A stretch of DNA of 64,000 nt from an uncultured virus (IMG/VR IMGVR_UViG_3300012954_000006) (IMGVR_UViG_3300012954_000006); one strand, 5' to 3'; shown: positions 10,112 to 20,179, counted from the stretch's first letter. Notes: generated by a model from the sequence alone, not told the origin. Program-made: numbers and translations.

Positions 10112-10462
10112 TTAGTATTGGTAGGTCTGATTAACCTTTGCTAATGCTACTTCTAGCTGTGCAGGAGTAATGTCTTTTATGGCATAAGCATAGGTTAGTA
10201 GAGCTTCTGGGTCTTTTTTTAAGAACGCCTTAAAGTCTTCACCATACAGGTTAGTAGACTCATCATACTCTAGTACCTTTTTTACTTTTACCTTTTGATT
10301 TACCCCACTCTCGTTTGGGCTATCCTCTAGTATTATCGACTGCATCTTTTTTCTTTGAGTGACGTTGTAAGATAAATCCTCTCGTACTAAAGTAAGCTTG
10401 TCGAAGTCGATTTGTGATTTTGCAGTGCCTGTTTTTGACCTGCTTGATGTTTTTGTACTCAT
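10112..10462 (-). CDS. Hypothetical protein (possible assembly chaperone)
   Basis: Second ORF downstream of tail-tube-like gene; charged, Cys-free. Confidence 0.6.
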   Translation of the reverse strand: MSTKTSSRSKTGTAKSQIDFDKLTLVREDLSYNVTQRKKMQSIILEDSPNESGVNQKVKVKKVLEYDESTNLYGEDFKAFLKKDPEALLTYAYAIKDITPAQLEVALAKVNQTYQY

Positions 10463-10470
10463 GTTATGAA

Positions 10471-10923
10471 TTATTTTTTACTTGTTTTTTTTTCTATTTT
10501 AGGTTCAACTTGCTTTGAACGTTGTTTTTGAACACTCTGATATATGGCTATTAATTTTTGGTAAGACTCATCTTTAATAGCCTTCATGATTAGTTTCACA
10601 TCTTCTGTGGTCATGCGATCATCAATACCATACTCATTAGGCATTGCTTGTTTAAATAAAATTTCTTCTTCTTCATACTGTGGTAATCCTTTGAGTGCCA
10701 GCAAACAACCCTTTCCATTTTTTAAGTAATAGATAGGGTTTCTATCAACTGCTACTCTTTTTTTGGGTAGCTTTGCAGAACCTATTTTATAATAGTGTTT
10801 TGTTTCTTGACCATCTACCTTTACTGTGTAACCTTTGGGATTGAATTTTTCAGCAACAACAAGGTGTTTGAAAAAGGTTTTCCAGTCAATTTTCCCCTCT
10901 GGTGAGACAAATTGTAATTTCAT
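10471..10923 (-). CDS. Hypothetical protein (possible tail assembly chaperone)
   Basis: Immediately downstream of tail-tube-like gene; basic. Confidence 0.6.
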   Translation of the reverse strand: MKLQFVSPEGKIDWKTFFKHLVVAEKFNPKGYTVKVDGQETKHYYKIGSAKLPKKRVAVDRNPIYYLKNGKGCLLALKGLPQYEEEEILFKQAMPNEYGIDDRMTTEDVKLIMKAIKDESYQKLIAIYQSVQKQRSKQVEPKIEKKTSKK

Positions 10924-10944
10924 CGTTGAATTTTGTTTTTAGTG

Positions 10945-11604
10945 TTACTGACAAGGGTCTATGGCTGCATTTTCACAGTCAAAAGTAATAGATTCGATAA
11001 GCTCTTCTGTGGCAGCAGCATCTCCTCGCCATATACAGTTAAAAGCCTGTTCGGCTTCCCCTGCAAAAGAAATGGTAGTAAATTTAGCATCTGTTTTAGC
11101 AACACCGTACTCAAATGTTGTTGTACCAAGATACAATCCGCCTCCAATTCCTAATATGTGGTAGTCATCGCCATTGTTTGGCTTGAACATTAATACTACT
11201 TCCTTTAATGCCAAACGCTGAATCTTTTGAGCGATTTCACATGTTACTGTTCCCTCAAAATTCCCTGTTACATTAACAGTATAAGTATAAGAACTTTGTG
11301 TGTCGTTAGGATTACCTACGATATTCACGCCTAGTGTATCTTCTGTCACACATATATTGTAGAACAAATGCTCGGGACAGCCATTTATATTAGTGGGGTC
11401 AAGGTCAGGGTTGTTCATTATAATATCTGTGATAAACTCTGTACCTGCTGCATCTGTCTGATACACATATTCTGAAATGGCGTGCAAGGCAGCGATTTTC
11501 AATTCCGAGCTACCTGCAACATTACTACCATCACAGTTTGTTTTTTGGGCACCGATGCAATCGTTAATTTTGCATCCAATCGCCTGCCCGCATGTTTTTG
11601 CCAT
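10945..11604 (-). CDS. Probable major tail tube / structural protein
   Basis: KEVVLMFKPNNGDDYHILGIGGGLYL..GVAKTD..TISFAG resembles the conserved structural protein of Bacteroidota siphoviruses. Confidence 0.65.
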   Translation of the reverse strand: MAKTCGQAIGCKINDCIGAQKTNCDGSNVAGSSELKIAALHAISEYVYQTDAAGTEFITDIIMNNPDLDPTNINGCPEHLFYNICVTEDTLGVNIVGNPNDTQSSYTYTVNVTGNFEGTVTCEIAQKIQRLALKEVVLMFKPNNGDDYHILGIGGGLYLGTTTFEYGVAKTDAKFTTISFAGEAEQAFNCIWRGDAAATEELIESITFDCENAAIDPCQ

Positions 11605-11622
11605 TTTGATATTTTTTTTGGG

Positions 11623-12651
11623 TTACTGTATTGCTATCTTATATAGATATTGACTAGGACGTATCTCTCCACCTATTTTATCGTACAAAAAACTAGACAA
11701 CGTAAATTCTTCCTCAACACCTATTGATGCTAAGTCTAATAAAAGCGTAGTAGGTTTTGTAATATCTGTTATTGTTTTTGTAAAAATACCTAACAACTTG
11801 TTATTTACATATACTTCAAGATATACATGAAAATCAGAACGTTGGCTAGGACTTTCTTTGAGATTATCATAACTTAATGCAGAGATGGTAACAGCTACGC
11901 TATCGTAGCCATCTTCAATCTTCACAGTATCTATCCGACTATCCGGTCTTATCCATGTGTCATTCCATGACATAGATAACGCTTTTTCTGTCATTTGCAC
12001 CTCTAGCACCTCGCCATCTTCTAAAGAAGCTGTATAAGCTAGTGTACTGTCAATAGAATGCCAGCCATGCTGTACTAGTCCATTTTCTAGTGTCTGAATA
12101 TTTTGGTAAGCATTATCTGACATAATTAATGTACTATCGGTAACATTTTCAATTAGCACTTGCCGTTGGGTATTGACTTTATGGATAGCAAAAAGACTGT
12201 CTAAAGCTTCCTTGATGGTCATTTGATGTCCATTTAAACTGTACTGGCTTGCAAGTGAAAAAGTATCAATATTCGATGTTTTAAATTGTTGTCCACCAAC
12301 AACATTCCATGATTCTAAAGCCCATACTGCTAATTCGCCTGTCTCTGGATTGTACCATAGCACAGGCTTATTAGAAGTGGGTTTGGGAGGTGTTTGTACA
12401 CTAATTTCATAAGGGGTTGTAACAAATAATTTATCTTGAGCATCAATTGTAATATTATTGTTGCTGTTAGGACTGATAAGGTCTTTTATTGATTGATATT
12501 GCTGAACACCTTGTTCGTTAGTACGAATTATAGCATGAGGTACTGTAGAACGCTCTAGGCTTCGCCCAATTTTCATGCGTCCTGACTGTGCCTGTACATC
12601 GTCGAAAGCAAATAGTACCGTAAGTAATACTATGAAATATCGAATAGTCAT
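11623..12651 (-). CDS. Virion-operon protein with Sec signal peptide
   Basis: MTIRYFIVLLTVLFAFDDVQA|QS; LWYNPETGELAVW motif typical of fibre proteins. Confidence 0.65.
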   Translation of the reverse strand: MTIRYFIVLLTVLFAFDDVQAQSGRMKIGRSLERSTVPHAIIRTNEQGVQQYQSIKDLISPNSNNNITIDAQDKLFVTTPYEISVQTPPKPTSNKPVLWYNPETGELAVWALESWNVVGGQQFKTSNIDTFSLASQYSLNGHQMTIKEALDSLFAIHKVNTQRQVLIENVTDSTLIMSDNAYQNIQTLENGLVQHGWHSIDSTLAYTASLEDGEVLEVQMTEKALSMSWNDTWIRPDSRIDTVKIEDGYDSVAVTISALSYDNLKESPSQRSDFHVYLEVYVNNKLLGIFTKTITDITKPTTLLLDLASIGVEEEFTLSSFLYDKIGGEIRPSQYLYKIAIQ

Positions 12652-12654
12652 TTG

Positions 12655-13233
12655 TTAATATGTTAAATGTTGTATGCTAATTTCATCTCCTACATCTAGT
12701 GGAGTTGTCAATGATACTTCTTTCTTACCATCTTCGGTGTCTGTAACGGTATAGTTGGAATTACTTAATAGCCTTCCATTTACAAAAACACCTATTACAA
12801 CGATGGATTTATCAACTTTGCCGACTAAGAATGTGTTATCTCCTGCTACAGATGTAGATGTTGATATTTCAGCAGACAAATTTGCCAAAGGGTCACTAGC
12901 ACAGGAGCAACACACTAATGATTCTAGTGCCTCGCAAACATCTTGCTTTGAGAAACCTGCGGTAACAACATCGCCTATTTTTGTAATTTGCCAATATGCC
13001 ACTCTAAATGGCAGTCTAGCGTCTGGATATGCTCCGATATAAGCGTTGCCATATAGTGCCACAATTTCAATTATATCATCGCCAGTCTTGTTACATTTGC
13101 CACTATTACAACCCCTTAAATGAAAATCACATTTTCCAAAGTGTGCCACCACATCATCGAGGCAGTCTGGCTTGATGATAAAACGCCCACAATGTAGCGG
13201 GTCTTTTAGTATATGATATTTTGTCTTTGACAT
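12655..13233 (-). CDS. Cys-rich structural protein with C-terminal beta-sandwich
   Basis: VFVNGRLL..YTV..VSLTTPLDVGDEISI motif seen in phage tail/baseplate proteins. Confidence 0.65.
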   Translation of the reverse strand: MSKTKYHILKDPLHCGRFIIKPDCLDDVVAHFGKCDFHLRGCNSGKCNKTGDDIIEIVALYGNAYIGAYPDARLPFRVAYWQITKIGDVVTAGFSKQDVCEALESLVCCSCASDPLANLSAEISTSTSVAGDNTFLVGKVDKSIVVIGVFVNGRLLSNSNYTVTDTEDGKKEVSLTTPLDVGDEISIQHLTY

Positions 13234-13259
13234 CTTTTTTCTTTTTGAGTACGAAAAGA

Positions 13260-13529
13260 TTATTTCTTTCTTTTGGTACTTGTTTTGGCTACGGTAAGAG
13301 GTGGGATATTCGCTTGTCCAATTTCAACATTGAAGAAGTAATACTTATCGCCTGCTACTTCTTTTATATCAACGATGGTTCTTCCCGCTACTTCTTCGCC
13401 TACTCGCTCCGTTCCTGACGCATCCGCAAGTTTTCCTTCATTACGAAGTCTCAATAGCCTTTCTGTATTTGGTATAGTGACTTGCGGAGACAGGCTGTCG
13501 AAAAGCACATATTTTGAGTATATAGTCAT
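13260..13529 (-). CDS. Hypothetical protein
   Basis: 89-aa ORF in operon. Confidence 0.55.
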   Translation of the reverse strand: MTIYSKYVLFDSLSPQVTIPNTERLLRLRNEGKLADASGTERVGEEVAGRTIVDIKEVAGDKYYFFNVEIGQANIPPLTVAKTSTKRKK

Positions 13530-13549
13530 TTGATTAATTATGTTTTAGA

Positions 13550-13580
13550 ATATAGCACTAACTAACTGTTAGTGCTATAT
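13550..13580 (-). terminator. Hairpin after capsid/decoration genes
   Basis: ATATAGCACTAAC-TAACT-GTTAGTGCTATAT. Confidence 0.6.
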
Positions 13581-13581
13581 A

Positions 13582-15351
13582 TTAAAGTATTACAAGGTTA
13601 TTGTCTTCGCTGCCAATAAGTTGAGTGCCATCAGAAAATAATACAATTACTTCTGTGCTTATTGGGCCTACATAGCCTCCAGCACCTGCTAGAGTACCAT
13701 AACCATTACCATTGTTATCAAAAACAAAGTCTAAGTCACTTCTTGTTTCTTCAAAGTCCGGTGTAGCGGAAATAACAACATCATGGGTTAGTCGGACGGT
13801 AACCGATTCTATCAAAGCATTAAATCTAGTAGATACTAATGCTTGTACCGATAAGTGTTGCCCTGACGTAGCTTCTTGTCCTAGATTAAACACCAAGCCT
13901 TTTGTAGCTGTACTAACATTTATCAAGCTTCCACCGCTCACATTATATGCTGTACTAAGCAAATCTCGTGTCCATACACCTGCATAGCCTACACATTCAT
14001 TTTCATCTACCACATTGTAAGTAGCTTCTATTGTTTCGCTGTAAGGGAATAATAGCGTTGGAGGGCTGAAATCTGGATTAGCACTAATTCCTAGTTCCGT
14101 TGATGTCGTTAGATTGGTAACAGTCCATGAGTTTTGTGTAATCGCTGTTGAACCAGTAACATTAGCAGTAATCGTTGCATCTCTTCCTGTTGGTGTTTCA
14201 GCACCGCTTGCAATATCAATACCACCATCCAAATCAGTACTGCAAGCAACACTAATATCAGTCGCAAAACTGCCTGTATAATCTTCAGGATAAACAATTG
14301 TAATGCAGCCTGTAACTGTATCTAGTGTAAAGTTACTTTCAGCAAGCCCTAATAGACCTGCTAAGACACTTGCTAAATCGCCTGCGTTATCTACTTTGGT
14401 AGGATTGTCTCCACCAAGCGGAGTTAGATTAAGTTCTACACAAGTAAAATCCGTTACTACAACACCTTTACCATCAACCACCTTAATAACTTGCTCGTAA
14501 CCTTCATCATCTTCTACTACGGCATCTGTATTGTCGCATTTTTGAAAATGAGCCACCGCTTCGCAATTTCCATCTGATGATGTAGCTACTACTCTGATAT
14601 ATGATGCCACATCCGTTTGATTGAGGTCTGCATTGGGCACACTTAGTGTTGTTACGTCGCCACCAAGCACCGTTAGGTCAGTTACCGACTTCGCTTTGTT
14701 GGCGATTAATTCGCTTGATAAGGAACACTTATCAGCTACCATCGTGTTGTCTCCATACCATGCCAATGTAGTACCTGTACCTGTTGCCGTAGCGGTAAAA
14801 ACAGTATCAGTAGCACCTACTTCAAAAGTTAAGGTAACGCCAGCCTCGCACTCAACAACAGTATCATCGGTTGGATAAACCACCACTAGGCAAGAATAAT
14901 CGCTACATGCTGCTGTTACACTAAAAGTATCTTTTTCGTCAGAGCAATGGTCGGCAGTATATGTTAGTGTACTACCTGTAATCTTAGCTGTGCCATGATA
15001 TGGAGTATTTTCTATTACCCAGTGAACACCCGCAGGAAGCTCATAGGTAAGTTCTGGAAAAGCACCAGTCATCGTAAACACACAAGGCTGATTGTATTTT
15101 ACAACAACACATTTGGGGATATTGACGTGACAACAATCATTAGAGTCTAATATAGGAGTAGCCAACTCAAAACTAACTGTTACATAGTCGCCATGCTTGG
15201 CATCTTCTGGCCACTCAACCACATAGGCAAAGCCATTATCCATATCTGCAACACCGCCACCTGTTAAAGTTCCGTCTGCATTAGTGTAGGTGTAGTTAAT
15301 GCTAACAGGACACTTTGTTGTATATATTTTTAAAAAAAGTGTTTGTTTCAT
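13582..15351 (-). CDS. Ig-like domain structural/decoration protein (start corrected to MKQTLF)
   Basis: PYHGTAKITGSTLTYTA..DTFSV (Big/cadherin-like); acidic, Thr/Cys-rich; follows capsid gene. Confidence 0.65.
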   Translation of the reverse strand: MKQTLFLKIYTTKCPVSINYTYTNADGTLTGGGVADMDNGFAYVVEWPEDAKHGDYVTVSFELATPILDSNDCCHVNIPKCVVVKYNQPCVFTMTGAFPELTYELPAGVHWVIENTPYHGTAKITGSTLTYTADHCSDEKDTFSVTAACSDYSCLVVVYPTDDTVVECEAGVTLTFEVGATDTVFTATATGTGTTLAWYGDNTMVADKCSLSSELIANKAKSVTDLTVLGGDVTTLSVPNADLNQTDVASYIRVVATSSDGNCEAVAHFQKCDNTDAVVEDDEGYEQVIKVVDGKGVVVTDFTCVELNLTPLGGDNPTKVDNAGDLASVLAGLLGLAESNFTLDTVTGCITIVYPEDYTGSFATDISVACSTDLDGGIDIASGAETPTGRDATITANVTGSTAITQNSWTVTNLTTSTELGISANPDFSPPTLLFPYSETIEATYNVVDENECVGYAGVWTRDLLSTAYNVSGGSLINVSTATKGLVFNLGQEATSGQHLSVQALVSTRFNALIESVTVRLTHDVVISATPDFEETRSDLDFVFDNNGNGYGTLAGAGGYVGPISTEVIVLFSDGTQLIGSEDNNLVIL

Positions 15352-15374
15352 TTTTTCTGTTTTTTGATTGTCGT

Positions 15375-17033
15375 TTAGTATGATTTTAATGCTGTCGCAT
15401 TGATACGACAATCTTTTATTAACGGAGTGTTTCCTATGCAGAATTGGTCTGGCTGATTAATCAATGGGAAATCTTCTAAGTAGCAATCTCCAGCGTTATT
15501 AGTCATTACCAATCGAGGATTGACAAAGGTAACTCCTGCCATACCTTGATAGGTCATTAGTAAATGATTTTCATAGCAACCGGGCGTTGTCACAACCTTA
15601 AATTCAAGTTGATTAGACGATAGGCGTTTAGATGTTCCATATACCAAATTACTAGGCTCAAATGCCCACCATTGATAACCATCAATATTTTGCATCACCT
15701 TAACTCTAGCAATTCTCAAACTAGTGGCTAGTTGTTCTGGGGTCATTGCATCTTTCACTACATTCATATTTCCAGCAAGACCTTCAACAAGTGTAGCATT
15801 AGAAATCATTTGAAACATCTCTCGTGATAGATATAAAGTATAATTTCCTAGTACAGGGCCAATATGATTGTCAATCTGTGCTTTCTGAAACTGTCGCCTA
15901 ATAGTAAGATAAGCCGTTGCTTCTGTTGGACGTTTATAGGTTGTAGAGAACGGAGTACGAGGAACACCATAGGCACTATAATTAAATAGTTCTACCCTTG
16001 CCGTAGCTGAAGTCATGCCACTTGCCGCAATAACACCGAAATTCTCTAAATCTACAGTATTGTGAGATTCTTTTGCAGTAATCAATATGCTTACTGCCTT
16101 GCCATTTTTCCATACTATTTTAGGAGTATATAATGGCTTGCCGCTCGCTATCCTAACATTTAAAATTTTAGCAGCAACAGCTAAAGCGGTCATGTTGTGG
16201 TCGGTAGTAAATGGTATAGTATAATCTACTGCTCCAGAGCTAAAGCACACACTTTCACCATCTGTAATATCGCCAGTAAAACTTAATAATTTAGTATGGT
16301 TCAATGATTTTGCTCGACTATGCCAAAAGGTTTTCTTGCGAATACCATCAAACAAAGTCAGTCTTTTTTGTGGAGAGTAAACATCACCATCAACAATGCA
16401 TTTATCAATGTCAGTAGCAAGATTGGCTATTAAATCTTCCAAAAAATAATCATATAATGCCTCTCCAATAGCTTCTGCTCTAGCGTCATTTGACATTTCT
16501 GTCAAGTTCATTCCATTTGACACCATTCTACTTAGTACAACATACAATTGACTGTCATAGAGTTTTTTCAAGCAATATTTCCTATTGTTCTGAAAGTAAG
16601 ACATGCATAGATACTCATTGGTAGAAACATCCACATCTACATCCTCATAAGTAGTCTTACATTCTGTTGGAGAATTTGCACCTGCATATATACCTCTAGC
16701 GGACCCCATTACACTAACATAGCCAACTAAAGCTATTTTAGTATCCATGCTTTCTTCATACATTAGATTAGTATATTCGCCTGACTCTTGTTCCAGCCAA
16801 TATCCATATACACCTCTGAAATAATTTACGGCCAGAGACTGCACCGAAAAAGCATCATTAATATTAGGATATTGTGCTGAATACAATGTAACAGACTCGC
16901 CGTTCATTTTTTCAATATATCCTGTGTAGCTGTTGCTTTTATCAAAACATGGGTCTGGCAATCCAATTTTTCCCCCAAGAATTTTGCCGTGAGCAATACG
17001 AGCAACTAAAATTACATTTTTTCTTTTTAACAT
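15375..17033 (-). CDS. Probable major capsid protein
   Basis: Position after protease and scaffold; C-terminal AFEPSNLVYGT..AGVTFVNP pattern compatible with HK97 fold; probable insertion domain. Confidence 0.6.
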   Translation of the reverse strand: MLKRKNVILVARIAHGKILGGKIGLPDPCFDKSNSYTGYIEKMNGESVTLYSAQYPNINDAFSVQSLAVNYFRGVYGYWLEQESGEYTNLMYEESMDTKIALVGYVSVMGSARGIYAGANSPTECKTTYEDVDVDVSTNEYLCMSYFQNNRKYCLKKLYDSQLYVVLSRMVSNGMNLTEMSNDARAEAIGEALYDYFLEDLIANLATDIDKCIVDGDVYSPQKRLTLFDGIRKKTFWHSRAKSLNHTKLLSFTGDITDGESVCFSSGAVDYTIPFTTDHNMTALAVAAKILNVRIASGKPLYTPKIVWKNGKAVSILITAKESHNTVDLENFGVIAASGMTSATARVELFNYSAYGVPRTPFSTTYKRPTEATAYLTIRRQFQKAQIDNHIGPVLGNYTLYLSREMFQMISNATLVEGLAGNMNVVKDAMTPEQLATSLRIARVKVMQNIDGYQWWAFEPSNLVYGTSKRLSSNQLEFKVVTTPGCYENHLLMTYQGMAGVTFVNPRLVMTNNAGDCYLEDFPLINQPDQFCIGNTPLIKDCRINATALKSY

Positions 17034-17054
17034 TTCTTTCTTTTTTGCAGTGAA

Positions 17055-17732
17055 TTACTTAATGTTAGATACTCGTTTTTGTAAAGCATCTATCTTTTCC
17101 ATTACTTGAATGAAAGTGCCATTCTTTTTTGAATTGCTAATAATTTGCTTTAACTCCGTTTCAGACAAGCCTTCTAATTCTAAGGATGCATTAGAATTAC
17201 TTTGGGCATTGTTTTGAGTATTGTTTTGAGACTTGTTATTGAAACCACCTTCATTAAATCCATTACTATCAATAATTTCTTTGTAACGAGCCACTAAGTC
17301 ATCGGCTTTTGCTAACTTATCTTGGGTTTCTAATACCGTTGCATCACGTTCCGCTAACTGTGCAGTAAGGGTGTCATTAGTAGTTTGTAATGTTTGATTA
17401 CCTGACTCTAAGGCTTCACAATCTGCTTTTAATGATTTGTTTGTAGCTTCTAAGCTTGCTAATTGCTCCTTGTAAGTTTGATTAGTAGCCTCCGCTGCTT
17501 CAATTGTTTTTGCTAGTGTAGCTAGTTTTTCTGCTACCGAACTATCTACATCCTCATTATCAGTTGTAGTAGCTACTGTTGTGTCTTTATCTTGGCTGTC
17601 ACTAGACAATTGAATTAGACAGTAATTGTCTCTATCACTCTTTTCTATATCTAAGAAAGTTGAAACAATGTCTTTGCCAGATGCAGCAACAGTATGAGTT
17701 CCTGTAATGGTTTTATTTTTTTCCGTAGCCAT
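17055..17732 (-). CDS. Scaffold-like coiled-coil protein
   Basis: Long heptad region; between S49 protease and capsid. Confidence 0.6.
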   Translation of the reverse strand: MATEKNKTITGTHTVAASGKDIVSTFLDIEKSDRDNYCLIQLSSDSQDKDTTVATTTDNEDVDSSVAEKLATLAKTIEAAEATNQTYKEQLASLEATNKSLKADCEALESGNQTLQTTNDTLTAQLAERDATVLETQDKLAKADDLVARYKEIIDSNGFNEGGFNNKSQNNTQNNAQSNSNASLELEGLSETELKQIISNSKKNGTFIQVMEKIDALQKRVSNIK

Positions 17733-17743
17733 TATTTGTCGTT

Positions 17744-18697
17744 TTATTTTTTTGTATTTTTTTTGTTGTAAATGGAAACAGTTCTTCTAACTGCCAAAGG
17801 GATAGGGTTGCCATCGGTAGCAATCTCGTCAATAAGTCCAATCCTTCTAGCGTCTCTAGCTGTCAAGGTTTGTGCGTTAAAGGCTGTATCTTCATCTAAT
17901 GTGCGATTGCCACTACGTCCGCTTAAAACATTGTTTCGTTTTCTTCTAATGTCAGACTGCATAATATTGTTTATAGCATCTAGGTCAGATGTAATCTTAC
18001 TTAGCTCCTCCTCTGATAGCGGTTTCCCATCTACCCCTATTAGTTTGTGTGTTGATTTAGTAGCTGTAATGTAGGTTACTTTGATACCTATGCTTTCAAG
18101 AAAAGAACTATCATCGATATGGGTAGTATATACTCCAATGGAACCACAAGTAGATAGTTGTGAGGAGGCAATACAATAATCGGTACTTCCAGCTAACCAT
18201 GCTGCTGCCGAAGCAGCCATTTCTATGACTGACACAATGGGTTTGTTGACTTGCAAACTGTTAATGGCATTAATGAGGTCTTTTGTACCATCAACATGAC
18301 CGCCAGGGGAATATATCTTTAGCACCACACCTTTGTTGTTTGTGTTACGCATGATGCTACGAATAGTATTGCTTAGGTCATGAGTAGAGAAGTAACCAAA
18401 CCAATTACGTTCAAACCAATCTGTATAACGTTTAAATACGCCATTTACATTAACAATAGCAACATTGTCTTTGGTAAAGCTAACATCAAAGCCATTAACA
18501 AGCCTATTAACATTATCTTCATCCATGGCTACTATATTGGTAGCTTCTAAATTAGATAATGCAATATCAAAGGTTTTATTTGGTGTAGTTGGTATCGGTT
18601 GTGTAGCAGCATTTACTAACTGCTTTTCATAAAGCCTAACTTTATGTTGTAATTCAAGATACCCTGTAGCTGTTAAAGCAAGTATTTTATTGTTCAT
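17744..18697 (-). CDS. S49 (SppA/ClpP-like) prohead protease (start corrected to MNNKIL)
   Basis: IYSPGG, MAASAAAWL, GSIGVY, GLIDEI motifs. Confidence 0.9.
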   Translation of the reverse strand: MNNKILALTATGYLELQHKVRLYEKQLVNAATQPIPTTPNKTFDIALSNLEATNIVAMDEDNVNRLVNGFDVSFTKDNVAIVNVNGVFKRYTDWFERNWFGYFSTHDLSNTIRSIMRNTNNKGVVLKIYSPGGHVDGTKDLINAINSLQVNKPIVSVIEMAASAAAWLAGSTDYCIASSQLSTCGSIGVYTTHIDDSSFLESIGIKVTYITATKSTHKLIGVDGKPLSEEELSKITSDLDAINNIMQSDIRRKRNNVLSGRSGNRTLDEDTAFNAQTLTARDARRIGLIDEIATDGNPIPLAVRRTVSIYNKKNTKK

Positions 18698-18703
18698 TTG
18701 TTG

Positions 18704-18711
18704 CAAAAATA
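18704..18711 (-). promoter_or_regulatory. -7 promoter box (TATTTTTG) heading the virion operon
   Basis: TAnnTTTG only 6 nt before ATG 18697. Confidence 0.6.
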
Positions 18712-18779
18712 AAATACCTAACTGCTGTATGCAAATAAATTTATATAGGAAAGAAATGTATGGATTGAGATAGGCAAAA

Positions 18780-18828
18780 AAAAGACTTTTGGCACATAAA
18801 ACTCAATTTTATGTGCCAAAAGTCTTTT
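18780..18828 (-). terminator. Long perfect hairpin / terminator
   Basis: 22-bp stem AAAAGACTTTTGGCACATAAAA-CTCAA-TTTTATGTGCCAAAAGTCTTTT. Confidence 0.75.
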
Positions 18829-18860
18829 CCGTATTTATTAGGTACAGGTTATTGGGTGTG

Positions 18861-19529
18861 TTAGATGTATGGCTTTAGCTTTTTTCTGGTTAGCATTTTT
18901 ACTTCATTTTTGGTAACTATTCCATCTTTATTAACATCCATTGGTATGTTCATTGCGTATGTATTAGGGTGTTTAGACTTTGTAAATAAAATACAGTTGT
19001 CTGTACATTCTAATGCAACAGGGTAGTAGATGGCAAACTTTAGGTCTGCCCAGTTTGCAAGTTTTACTTTCCTAGTTCGTTCCACCTCATGTAAATATTC
19101 TTTTATCATAGGTAGTTGAGCAACTCCACTTTTAGGAATAACACCTTTATCTGCTGTCATTTGCATAATGCCTTTAGCAGAACTCTTTTTGTGTTTTACC
19201 GTTTCGTGAAAGGTACTTTCTGTGTATGCCACCGCCATAAAATCATTTGGAGTAAAGTGAAATTCATTACACAACTGTACGACACCTGCCATAAAGTCGT
19301 CTATATGGCAGTTCTTGATGTTTTTCTTCGCTACATCATAAAACCATATCTTGTGATAATCCTTTTTGCTATACTCACTTGGCTTAAATCCTGTATTTAA
19401 CAGCAATAGATTGAACATGTCATTGTTAGCTTTTGCTAAATGTAAGTTCATGTTGGTACTGTCAGGGTTGTTACAGCCAATACGAATAGTAAACACCAAT
19501 AATAATGTTAATGTAATTGTTTTTTTCAT
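18861..19529 (-). CDS. Lytic transglycosylase / lysozyme-fold protein with N-terminal signal (start corrected to MKKTITL)
   Basis: AVAYTESTF, SSAKGIMQM, Y..N..MDVNKDGIVT motifs; promoter at 19560-19567. Confidence 0.8.
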   Translation of the reverse strand: MKKTITLTLLLVFTIRIGCNNPDSTNMNLHLAKANNDMFNLLLLNTGFKPSEYSKKDYHKIWFYDVAKKNIKNCHIDDFMAGVVQLCNEFHFTPNDFMAVAYTESTFHETVKHKKSSAKGIMQMTADKGVIPKSGVAQLPMIKEYLHEVERTRKVKLANWADLKFAIYYPVALECTDNCILFTKSKHPNTYAMNIPMDVNKDGIVTKNEVKMLTRKKLKPYI

Positions 19530-19648
19530 AGTATATTTTTTAGTAAAAAATTTCTTGCACAAAGATAAAAAATAAAACGATGCAAATAATAATTTTAACA
19601 GAAAAAATATGAAAAAATCGACAAACACCAACCTAGTAACAAAAAAAC

Positions 19649-19680
19649 AAAGCAGTATAGGTATCAGCCTATACCGCTTT
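19649..19680 (-). terminator. Intrinsic terminator after ssb
   Basis: AAAGCAGTATAGG..CCTATACCGCTTT. Confidence 0.6.
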
Positions 19681-19747
19681 ATCTAAACTAAAACAAAGGG
19701 CTAAAGGAAAGAAAGCCCATTAAAATAATTGTTTCAAATTTTTTTCA

Positions 19748-20179
19748 TCAAAATGGCAAGTCGTCTCTGTCCTTACTACCACTTTCAGCCGTTGCTACTT
19801 GTGTTCCTTGTGAACTAACCTTATCAACAGCTACTGCTTTTCTATCCGCTATAATATTGAATGCACTAACTAAGACTTTTGCTTTTTGACGTTTTGCATT
19901 GGTATGCTTATCCGTCCAAGTATCATAATCTAGTTTTCCGACTATTGCCACCATCGTGCCTTTTTGAGTGTATTTCAAGAAAAATTCTGCGGAAGCACCC
20001 CATATCTCAATGCGATGCCACGATGTACGCTCTGTCCATTCGCCTGATTTTGCTTTGTATCGCTCTGATGTGGCTAGTGATGCTGTTACCTTGCAAACAC
20101 CGCTATCGAAATAATTTGCTTGTGGCATTTCGCCTAGTCGTCCTATTAAATTGACATTGTTTTTTGGATTAACTCCCAT
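19748..20179 (-). CDS. ssb: Single-stranded DNA-binding protein
   Basis: NNVNLIGRLG, WHRIEIWG, C-terminal DDLPF. Confidence 0.95.
   Translation of the reverse strand: MGVNPKNNVNLIGRLGEMPQANYFDSGVCKVTASLATSERYKAKSGEWTERTSWHRIEIWGASAEFFLKYTQKGTMVAIVGKLDYDTWTDKHTNAKRQKAKVLVSAFNIIADRKAVAVDKVSSQGTQVATAESGSKDRDDLPF

Noticed and set aside
10462..10495. Tail chaperone G/GT-type frameshift
   Set aside because: A -1 slip at the A9 run meets a stop; only a non-canonical slip at the last AAA AAA would work, and no tape measure gene follows.
3878..14878. Plus-strand ORFs antisense to the virion operon (e.g. 3878-4468, 7890-8174, 13712-13987)
   Set aside because: Shadow ORFs of minus-strand genes with no motifs or promoters.
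15351..15457. Programmed -1 frameshift fusing capsid to the Ig-like protein
   Set aside because: The -1 frame is open across the capsid stop, but there is no canonical slippery heptamer and the downstream gene has its own ATG with an A-rich leader.
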